NCBI GenBank assembly: GCA_002698305.1
Contig: NZWR01000003.1
Span: 76,794 to 111,418, forward strand
Length of the DNA: 34,625 nucleotides
Reading direction: 5' to 3'
Origin: Candidatus Campbellbacteria bacterium
Lineage (GTDB): Bacteria; Patescibacteriota; Minisyncoccia; Phycocordibacterales; UBA1006
Position numbers and translations under genes: made by a program. The notes under the pieces were generated by a model. That model did not search any database. It saw only the letters and a program-made list of their open reading frames with translations, and was not told where the DNA came from. Below, in pieces: positions 27,672 through 34,625 of this stretch. How positions within the stretch are numbered: position 1 is the stretch's first letter; each line of letters opens with the position of its first letter.

Positions 27672-29926
27672 ACCTCTACGGATCCGTCAGTATCGATATC
27701 TTCTGGATCAGCAGCCAGGTCCTCGGCCTTTTGGTGCACGTCTCGGGGTTTTGATCCGTTTTGTGGACCGATAATTCCCCGCTCTTCAAGAAGGTCAATA
27801 ATCCGAGCAGCTCGGCTATAGCCAATTGATAATCTACGTTGAAGGTACGAAGTAGAAGCCTTCTGACTTTGAACAACAACAGCGATAGCTTCGTCTACCA
27901 TCGGGTCTTCGTCGTCATCACTGGAAAGCGTAATACCTCCAGTACCATCTTCGACGCTGTCATCAGAGATGCTAATCGTATCTTCTAGTTCGTATTTATA
28001 GTTTTTCTTGATGTAATCAACAACACTTTTCACTTCTTGTTCTGATACAAACGGACACTGAATACGGATAGGTTCATTTGCACCTTCTCCTTTATAGAGC
28101 ATGTCTCCATAGCCAAGCAGTTTTTCAGCTCCGCGGCCATCGAGAATCGTTCGCGAATCAACTTGTGAAGCTACCTTAAGCGCAAGACGTGATGGTACGT
28201 TTGCCTTAATCAGTCCGGTAATAACATTTACCGATGGACGCTGGGTCGCAAGCATCAGGTGAATACCAACTGCACGGGACATTTGTGCAAGTCGCACAAT
28301 AGAGGCCTCAAGTTCACGCGGGTATGAGCTCATAATATCTGATAGCTCATCAATAATGACAACAATATATGGCATCTTTTCTGGAAGCTCTCCTGATTGT
28401 TCTTCAATTTCTTCAGGGGACAGTCCTTTATAGGCAGGGCCAACAATGCTTTTATGGTACGAACTGATGTCACGTACGGCTTGTTTTTGCAGAACATCGT
28501 AGCGCCTTTCCATTTCTTTGACTGCCCATTTTAACGAGAGAACCGCTTTTTTAGGATCAGTAATAACGGGCGTTAGCAGGTGAGGGATTTTTTTATACAA
28601 GGTCATCTCAACCCGCTTCGGGTCAATCATAATAAACCGCAACATGTCTGGCCCATTTTTGTAGAGCAGCGACATAATAATATTATGAATGGTTACAGAT
28701 TTACCAGCACCGGTAGCTCCAGCAATTAGGGCATGCGGCATTTTACCAATGTTTGCGAAATGTGATTTTCCAGATACTCCTTTTCCAAGTGATACCAATA
28801 ATGGTTTTGATGCATCATTAAAGGTATCTTCTGCAAGCAGGGTACCAAGACCAATCGTTGATTTCTTACTATTGGGTACTTCAATCCCGACCAGTGATCG
28901 TCCTGGGATTGGTGCCTCGATTCGAATTGATTTAGCAGCAAGTGCTAGAGCAAGCTCGTTCTGCAGGCTTGCAATCTTGGATAAACGTACGCCTTGGGCA
29001 GGCTTCATGGCGTACCGCGTTACGGTTGGCCCGATTGAGATTTCATCCATTTCTACTTCAATACCAAAGTTTGAAAGGGTTCGCTTGATAAGGTTTGCAT
29101 TTGCTTTGATATCACCGGTTGATGGTTTCCCTGAACTCTTTCCAAGAAGTGAAAGTGGGGGAACGGTATACGATGATGCAAAGACTGCCTGAGAATCAAT
29201 CGCAATATCGTCATCTTCAGATTGAGATTTTTTCTTTTTCTTTGTAGCTTTCTTTGTTTCCGCAGGTTCTTCTATTGCTTCGGTGTGCGTGTCGTGTTGG
29301 GCGCTTTCAAGAGCCTTACTCACTTCTTCATTAATCCGATCAACTTCCTCTTGGTGAGCTGCTCGTTCTTCCATCCGTTCCTCGATGGTATCTTTAACTT
29401 TCTTCAGTGAAGAGAGTTTAGGATCAAAAATAATAAATGAAAGAATACCAATCAATCCAAACAAAAGAATGAGAGAAAAGTACACATCAAATCCCGCAAC
29501 CAAGTTTGAGCCAATCATTTTCCCTATGATTCCCGATGCATCAAGTTCAGCTCCAGATCCTAAAATATCAATAATCCCCAAGATGCCGAGGAATACCCCA
29601 AGAAAAGCAAAACGATCTTTCAATGAAGTATCAATTTTCTTAAATCCACGGTAGGAAAAGAAAAGACACAGTCCAATCAATGCAATATAGCCAAAGCCAA
29701 AGAGACTCCAAATAACGGTACCGAAAATAAAGTCACCAATCGTTCCTGCATATGATGCGGCACTCATACCAATGAATAACGCAAAGAGGAGGTACATGAT
29801 ACCTGCTACATATCTGTTTTTTGGTTCATACGACATGTCACGGAATGAGAACTTTTTCTCTACCGATGGTCGTTTCTTTTTGCTTGCGCGCACTATTTTT
29901 TTCTTTGTTGATTTCTTTCTTGCCAT
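27668..29926 (-). CDS. ftsK: DNA translocase FtsK/SpoIIIE
   Basis: 4-TM N-terminus, GPTVTRY, RIEAPIPGRSLVGIEVPN, PHALIAGATGAGKSV, IDPKRVE, IIDELSD, ATQRPSV, gamma domain ASTSYLQRRLSIGYSRAARIID. AGGAGG SD upstream of ATG 29926. Confidence 0.96.
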   Translation of the reverse strand: MARKKSTKKKIVRASKKKRPSVEKKFSFRDMSYEPKNRYVAGIMYLLFALFIGMSAASYAGTIGDFIFGTVIWSLFGFGYIALIGLCLFFSYRGFKKIDTSLKDRFAFLGVFLGILGIIDILGSGAELDASGIIGKMIGSNLVAGFDVYFSLILLFGLIGILSFIIFDPKLSSLKKVKDTIEERMEERAAHQEEVDRINEEVSKALESAQHDTHTEAIEEPAETKKATKKKKKSQSEDDDIAIDSQAVFASSYTVPPLSLLGKSSGKPSTGDIKANANLIKRTLSNFGIEVEMDEISIGPTVTRYAMKPAQGVRLSKIASLQNELALALAAKSIRIEAPIPGRSLVGIEVPNSKKSTIGLGTLLAEDTFNDASKPLLVSLGKGVSGKSHFANIGKMPHALIAGATGAGKSVTIHNIIMSLLYKNGPDMLRFIMIDPKRVEMTLYKKIPHLLTPVITDPKKAVLSLKWAVKEMERRYDVLQKQAVRDISSYHKSIVGPAYKGLSPEEIEEQSGELPEKMPYIVVIIDELSDIMSSYPRELEASIVRLAQMSRAVGIHLMLATQRPSVNVITGLIKANVPSRLALKVASQVDSRTILDGRGAEKLLGYGDMLYKGEGANEPIRIQCPFVSEQEVKSVVDYIKKNYKYELEDTISISDDSVEDGTGGITLSSDDDEDPMVDEAIAVVVQSQKASTSYLQRRLSIGYSRAARIIDLLEERGIIGPQNGSKPRDVHQKAEDLAADPEDIDTDGSVEV

Positions 29927-30099
29927 AGTTATTTCCTCCTTAAATATACTAGTATCATACCATATATAGGTATAAGCCCTTTTTCTTCTACGGGGTGCAA
30001 TCGCGCAACCATAATCAAAAAAAACGATTGTACATATATATAGTAAAAATAGTAAGAAATACACCCCTTTCAAATCTCAAGGTCATATCATAGAGAATG

Positions 30100-30127
30100 T
30101 TGACAGATTCAATATGATAAATATAAT
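30100..30127 (+). promoter_or_regulatory. Consensus sigma70 promoter
   Basis: TTGACA (30100-30105), 16 nt, TATAAT (30122-30127). It overlaps the ORF-track start at 30114, so ATG 30171 is preferred. Confidence 0.7.
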
Positions 30128-30170
30128 AAAAGACATAGAAACGTTTTTAAAACGTATACTAAAAGACAAT

Positions 30171-31145
30171 ATGCAATCTCAAAAAGACAACAATAAAAAT
30201 AGCCTAGAAAATAAGGCTGGTACAGGTGAATCATCTGCTGCTATTACTAATTATCACGGTGTCTTTAATCACGAAGCTTACCGAGTAACAGCTGATGCAT
30301 CAGGAAACATTACGACAGCTATTTATATGATTAGTGATTTCCTTGAAAATACTGATCCGTTAAAGGCAACAATTCGCAGCACCGCTGTCGGTATTATGGA
30401 TAGTCTTTACCGAGCGCTGCATCTTGATAAGAAAGAACGCGCCGAGATTTTGGCCAAGGCTTACAATGACTATTATGCGCTTATCTCATATTTGAAGGTA
30501 ATTCAGAAGAATGGTTTTGTATCAGAGATGAATTACAAGGTTATTAGTAGAGAAATTGAAAAAGAACGTACGCGAATCCATGCACACCTTGAACGGAGTC
30601 TCCCGTATGATAAAAAACGCAGTAGAACGCGCGCTGTAGAATCGTTTAGTTTTGCATCTGATTTTTTTGATGATACTAGGGAGAACAATACATCAAGGTC
30701 ACAAGGCACACGTTCTGATAGTCCTGCCCCCAAACCAGTATCACAGCAGAAAAGCCAGAAGAGTGTAAAAGACAGTAAAGAATCACACGAAGATTCATTA
30801 AAGACAAACGAAAGTACATCTTCAGAAGAAGAGAAGCCAGTGTTCGTAGAAAGAAATCCTAACCGAGCACTTGATAATTACCGCGCCCGAAAAAACGCTG
30901 GAAAGAAAGGAGTGAAACAGAAAGCTAAGCGGAAGCCAAAACTTAATGAAGCGAAGATTGAACGTAAGGAAAATATCATTAAGATACTGAAACAAAAGAG
31001 TGATGCATCTATAAACGACATTACCGCCTTGATGAAGAATTATTCTTCAAAGACAATTCAACGTGACCTGAAAGAATTAATAAAAGACAACCTTGTGAAG
31101 AAAGAAGGGTCACGACGATGGAGTACCTATAATCTCACCTTCTAA
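30171..31145 (+). CDS. Putative regulator: N-terminal four-helix-bundle-like domain, low-complexity linker, C-terminal DeoR-like winged HTH
   Basis: C-terminal RKENIIKILKQKSDASINDI...SSKTIQRDLKELIKDNLVKKEGSRRWSTY is a wHTH pattern. N-terminal IYMISDFL..DPLKATIR...YLKVIQKNGFVS resembles four-helix-bundle (IVP/Avd-like) proteins. Confidence 0.75.
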   Translation: MQSQKDNNKNSLENKAGTGESSAAITNYHGVFNHEAYRVTADASGNITTAIYMISDFLENTDPLKATIRSTAVGIMDSLYRALHLDKKERAEILAKAYNDYYALISYLKVIQKNGFVSEMNYKVISREIEKERTRIHAHLERSLPYDKKRSRTRAVESFSFASDFFDDTRENNTSRSQGTRSDSPAPKPVSQQKSQKSVKDSKESHEDSLKTNESTSSEEEKPVFVERNPNRALDNYRARKNAGKKGVKQKAKRKPKLNEAKIERKENIIKILKQKSDASINDITALMKNYSSKTIQRDLKELIKDNLVKKEGSRRWSTYNLTF

Positions 31146-31164
31146 AAAAGAGGAACGCTATCTC

Positions 31165-31202
31165 ATACAAAAATGTGCCAAAGCTACGGCACATTTTTGT
31201 AT
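31165..31202 (+). terminator. Intrinsic terminator
   Basis: ATACAAAAATGTGCC-aaagctac-GGCACATTTTTGTAT. Confidence 0.8.
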
Positions 31203-31271
31203 AGAATAATGACCATATTTATATGGGCACACAGAACAACAAATCACCTGTTTCAGCTACCTGTACAAAAC

Positions 31272-31300
31272 TTGCAAAAAACAATATTTTGTGGTATTTT
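31272..31300 (+). promoter_or_regulatory. Probable promoter of the structured leader / S-layer transcript
   Basis: TTGCAA (31272-31277), 17 nt, TGg-TATTTT (31295-31300), placed just before the first hairpin. Confidence 0.55.
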
Positions 31301-31308
31301 AACGAAAG

Positions 31309-31631
31309 ACTGTAATGTTTCGGGCGCTCGCCCGTCATATACAGTGAGCACCTCTTGTGCCTTTTTTAACACCGTTAAGAAATGGCGCGGGTGCTCAGGT
31401 ATAATATTTCGGTTGTAATGTATTTGCGCGGTGCTTGCATCATGTGATACACTTCTGCCGATGCCCGATTTAATCGGGTCATTATATTTCTTTCGAGTTT
31501 TATATTTGAAAAACTCGAACGCTCATAACGGGTGCCGTCATCCTGTCGAAAATTATGGATGGCAACAGGTTCTTTATGCGCGTAAAGAACCTGGTGAACG
31601 GTGGAGCTCGGGCTGTCGAAAACCCGCCACC
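31309..31631 (+). ncRNA. Candidate structured RNA (long 5' leader or ncRNA) of unknown family
   Basis: Contiguous stems at 31309-31345, 31346-31396, 31398-31488 (multibranch), 31492-31519, 31533-31564, 31566-31593 and 31600-31631. G-U pairs favour the + strand. GC-richer than flanking intergenic DNA. Confidence 0.6.
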
Positions 31632-31758
31632 CACAAACCACTTATTTAGAAACCATTGTGAACAATTTTTATTATTCGTTTTATTACTTTGTAAAAATTA
31701 TTCACGACTTCTAAATAAATTTTTATAAAAATTTATTTAACAAACACAGATAGAAATT

Positions 31759-33798
31759 ATGAAAAAATTCGTAACTATCGCTGCTGCAGCTGCTTTCCTT
31801 TTCACAGGACTAGTAAACACTGCATCAGCACAAACTACGCAGGAACAAATTGAAGCTCTGCTTGCACAACTTGCAGCACTTCAAGGAGAAACTGTAGTAT
31901 CAGGTGAATGTGCAGCAGAATTTACCTACAGTGGAGTTCTTCGACAAGGATCTCGAGGACAAGCTGTTATGGATCTGCAAGCAGACCTAAACACATTTAA
32001 CAACGCTGGAATCGCAGTTGATGGTGCATTTGGACCAGGAACTCGAGCAGCAGTAGTATCATTCCAAGCTTCACAAGGACTTGTGGCTGACGGAATCGTT
32101 GGACTACAAACAGCTAACGCTCTAGGTGCAGTTGCTCAAGCTTCATGTGCTAACGGTGGAAACAACGGTGGAGACATGAACCTTCCAGAAGGATGTACTT
32201 CAACTATGGGATACTCACCAGTAACAGGAGAACGTTGTGATATGGACATGGATGACATGGACGAAGACGACGACGAAAACGATGCTGATGAAGACGACTT
32301 CCCAATGACCGGAGACGGTGACGAAGCTTCACTTGAAGATTACAACTTCACATCAGAAGATGATGCGCAAGAAGGTATGATGGAGCACGTTGCTACAGCA
32401 GAATTCGATGTTGAAGACGGAGATTTCCGGCTAGACCGAATCGATCTTACATTCGTACCTGACGCTGGAAATGACGAAGACGAACCATGGGATTCATTTG
32501 AAACTATCACTCTTCAAGTTGACGGAGACGAAATCGCCTCAGAAGACGTTGATGATGAAGATGACTGGCTAGACGATGACGAACCATACGAATTCCGATT
32601 CAATGACATTGACTTTATCGCCGAAGACGGAGATCAAGTTGAAGTTGAAATTTGGGTAACTGCTCAAGACGGTGTTGACGGAGTTAACTCTGGAGACGCT
32701 ACTTGGACAATTTACATCGAAGAAGAAGGAATCCGAGGTCTTGATACTGCTGGTATTGATCAATACACAGGAGATGAAGACGATACAGTAACATTTGATA
32801 TTGAAGAAGAAGGAGACGATGCAGATCTTGACTTCAACGAATCTTCAAACAATCCTGATGAAGAAACATTAGCAGTTGATGCTGACACTGAATCAGAATG
32901 GTACGATCTTGTTATTGGAGATCTTGAAGCTGAAGGAGCAGAATTTGAAATCGAAGAAGCTACAGTAGAAATCGTACTTTACGATGTATCTGCTGATGCT
33001 GACCTTGATGATGCTGCTGATGTACTCTTTGACGAAGTTATTTCAGATCTTGAAATGATGTTCGGAGACGAAGAATTTGATGATTACGATGTTAACACTT
33101 CACTTACAGGTGACAATGCTGCAACTCTAGGAGATGTAGATGGAGACGGTGATAACAACGATGCAACTTATACTGTAATCTTTGATCTTGATGATGAATT
33201 CATGCTTGATGATGAAGAAGTACAAGTTTCAGTTATGGTTGAATTCCAAGAAGCTGAAGATTACCCACAAGGGCAAGAAATCATGGTGAGCATTGTTGAC
33301 CTTGAAACTGACGGTCCTGACGGAGCTGATGTAGATATCGACGTTGTAGACGGAGAACTACACTCACTTTCAATCTTTGCTATTGATGCAGAACTTGAAG
33401 ATGAAGAAAACAGCGAGCGTGTAGAAACTTACACCATTGCAATTACTGCTGATGATGAAGGAGAAGATGTTCTTATTCCAGCAGGAGTAGAAGAAGAAGG
33501 ATCAGAAGACGCAACGACTGGATTCGTATACGTACTAGAATACGGAACAGTTGCATCTGCAACTATCGACAACGATGATGACCTTGATGAAGAAGTTATC
33601 GGAGGAGTTACATACTACCGAGTTGATGCTGGTGAAACTGAAGAGTTTGAAGTACGATTCAACTTTGCAGCTGACGCAGCAGCAGAAGACGATGGTAACG
33701 TTACTATTGAAGCAATTCAATATACATCAGAAGATGGAGCAGGGGTATTCCCAGTAGAAGTTCTTGATGATGATGTAAACTACTCAGCAAACGACTAA
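31759..33798 (+). CDS. Hyper-acidic S-layer-like / major envelope protein with an N-terminal peptidoglycan-binding domain
   Basis: Signal peptide ASA|Q; QIEALLAQLAALQG; PGBD LRQGSRGQAVMDLQ...DGAFGPGTRAAVVSFQASQGLVADGIVG; LPEGCTSTMGYSPVTGERC motif; D/E-rich beta domains; biased codons (TTC, AAC, GAC, ATC) suggest high expression. Confidence 0.8.
   Translation: MKKFVTIAAAAAFLFTGLVNTASAQTTQEQIEALLAQLAALQGETVVSGECAAEFTYSGVLRQGSRGQAVMDLQADLNTFNNAGIAVDGAFGPGTRAAVVSFQASQGLVADGIVGLQTANALGAVAQASCANGGNNGGDMNLPEGCTSTMGYSPVTGERCDMDMDDMDEDDDENDADEDDFPMTGDGDEASLEDYNFTSEDDAQEGMMEHVATAEFDVEDGDFRLDRIDLTFVPDAGNDEDEPWDSFETITLQVDGDEIASEDVDDEDDWLDDDEPYEFRFNDIDFIAEDGDQVEVEIWVTAQDGVDGVNSGDATWTIYIEEEGIRGLDTAGIDQYTGDEDDTVTFDIEEEGDDADLDFNESSNNPDEETLAVDADTESEWYDLVIGDLEAEGAEFEIEEATVEIVLYDVSADADLDDAADVLFDEVISDLEMMFGDEEFDDYDVNTSLTGDNAATLGDVDGDGDNNDATYTVIFDLDDEFMLDDEEVQVSVMVEFQEAEDYPQGQEIMVSIVDLETDGPDGADVDIDVVDGELHSLSIFAIDAELEDEENSERVETYTIAITADDEGEDVLIPAGVEEEGSEDATTGFVYVLEYGTVASATIDNDDDLDEEVIGGVTYYRVDAGETEEFEVRFNFAADAAAEDDGNVTIEAIQYTSEDGAGVFPVEVLDDDVNYSAND
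33400..33487 (+). repeat. Exact direct repeat, copy 1 (88 bp visible)
   Basis: GATGAAGAAAACAGCGAGCGT...ATTCCAGCAGGAG is identical to 34538-34625. Confidence 0.95.
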
Positions 33799-33819
33799 TC
33801 ATTTAGTTCAATTATGTTG

Positions 33820-33851
33820 AAATAAAAAACCGCAAGTCGGTTTTTTATTTT
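33820..33851 (+). terminator. Intrinsic terminator
   Basis: AAATAAAAAACCG-caagt-CGGTTTTTTATTT. Confidence 0.8.
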
Positions 33852-33943
33852 TGGAAAATTTTATGCGAGAGTGTTTTGTAATATCTTATATCTTCATACG
33901 TCATATAGATTAGTGACATTTAATTATTTGTTATACTAAGAAC

Positions 33944-34625
33944 ATGAAAACATTACATAAAAAATTTATTGGTATTACGGCAGCCATATTATTTGCCGTA
34001 TCAGGAAATGCAGCCTATGCACAAACCAGCGCACCAGCAGAGGCCCAACTATCATTGGTTAACCAAATTGTAGCGATTATTGTTGCGAATCCAGAATATC
34101 GTAGCTTTATCCCAACGGTCATGTCGTTGCTTGAAAATATAGCATCAGATATCGATGACAATGCCAACGAACTACCAACAGGAAATGACGTGGTCTATGA
34201 CCCAGCGAACATTGAAGATATTGATTTTGATATCGATGATGATGAATTGGTAGTAACGCTGTCAGGATCAGACGGTGGATGTTCACGCGTCCAAGAGCCA
34301 AGTGTAGAAAGAAATGGTGATAAATTTGAAATCACCCTACTAGAAACAAATCCTGCAAACCCAGCAGTTGTATTGTGTACCGCAGATATCAGATTCTTTG
34401 AAAAAGAGGTCGTTATTGATTTAGATGATCTTGATGAAGATACTTATACGATTTTGGTAAATGATGAAGAGGAGTTCGAGTTTGAGATTAAAAAAAGTAG
34501 TGAATCAGATAAAAGTAATAAAGGAGTTTATCTCGTCGATGAAGAAAACAGCGAGCGTGTAGAAACTTACACCATTGCAATTACTGCTGATGATGAAGGA
34601 GAAGATGTTCTTATTCCAGCAGGAG
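33944..34625 (+). CDS. Secreted acidic surface protein sharing sequence with the S-layer C-terminal region; 3'-truncated and absent from the ORF track
   Basis: Open from ATG 33944 to the window end: MKTLHKKFIGITAAILFAVSGNAAYA|QTSAP...GGCSRV...LCTADIRFFEKEV...DEENSERVETYTIAITADDEGEDVLIPAG; TGtTATACT 6 nt upstream. Confidence 0.85.
   Translation, partial: MKTLHKKFIGITAAILFAVSGNAAYAQTSAPAEAQLSLVNQIVAIIVANPEYRSFIPTVMSLLENIASDIDDNANELPTGNDVVYDPANIEDIDFDIDDDELVVTLSGSDGGCSRVQEPSVERNGDKFEITLLETNPANPAVVLCTADIRFFEKEVVIDLDDLDEDTYTILVNDEEEFEFEIKKSSESDKSNKGVYLVDEENSERVETYTIAITADDEGEDVLIPAG
34538..34625 (+). repeat. Exact direct repeat, copy 2 (runs to window end)
   Basis: Identical to 33400-33487 and translated to the same peptide. 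Confidence 0.95.

Noticed and set aside
31400-31405. Internal TATAAT as the S-layer promoter
   Set aside because: No credible -35 or extended TG, and it pairs with ATTATA at 31481 as a stem. It cannot be fully excluded without TSS data.
31598-31631. tRNA-Ala/tmRNA-like 3' end on the minus strand (GGCGGG...CCCGAGCTCCACCG)
   Set aside because: No CCA end, no canonical TTCGA T-loop geometry and no matching 5' acceptor strand at a suitable distance; better explained as a + strand hairpin.
31173-31649. Three short ORFs (31173-31418 +, 31375-31641 -, 31431-31649 +)
   Set aside because: They overlap each other, cross a terminator, promoter and dense RNA stems, and show no protein-like motifs.
1-34625. 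Alternative genetic code (UGA=Gly, Gracilibacteria/Absconditabacteria)
   Set aside because: Core genes are full length under code 11, and ftsK ends at a TGA overlapping the next start codon.
34538-34625. Terminal repeat indicating a circular element or phage
   Set aside because: The end matches an internal site (33400), not the window start, and gene content is chromosomal.

Overview
Chromosomal fragment of a small-genome bacterium, most likely Patescibacteria/CPR of the Parcubacteria type. This is an inference from gene content and protein motifs. It uses genetic code 11, since ftsK ends in a TGA that overlaps the next ATG. Housekeeping genes (dksA-like, comM, pcrA/uvrD, rsmA, nusA, tpiA, pgk, rnhA, recA, ftsK) alternate with many cell-surface genes: two type IV pilin-like genes, a LysM-M23 peptidase, a cluster of Cys-rich repeat proteins, a Bacteroidota-style T9SS-cargo-like protein and a hyper-acidic S-layer-like protein. 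The most unusual region is the right end (30.1-34.6 kb). It holds a four-helix-bundle/wHTH gene studded with phased AAAGACA boxes, a ~450-nt leader with at least seven hairpins and a duplicated loop motif, an S-layer-like gene whose mature product has no lysine, and a downstream gene carrying an identical 88-bp in-frame copy of S-layer sequence up to the window end. About a dozen genes appear leaderless, with a -10 box about 6 nt before ATG. No tRNA, rRNA, CRISPR array, transposase or integrase was recognised.
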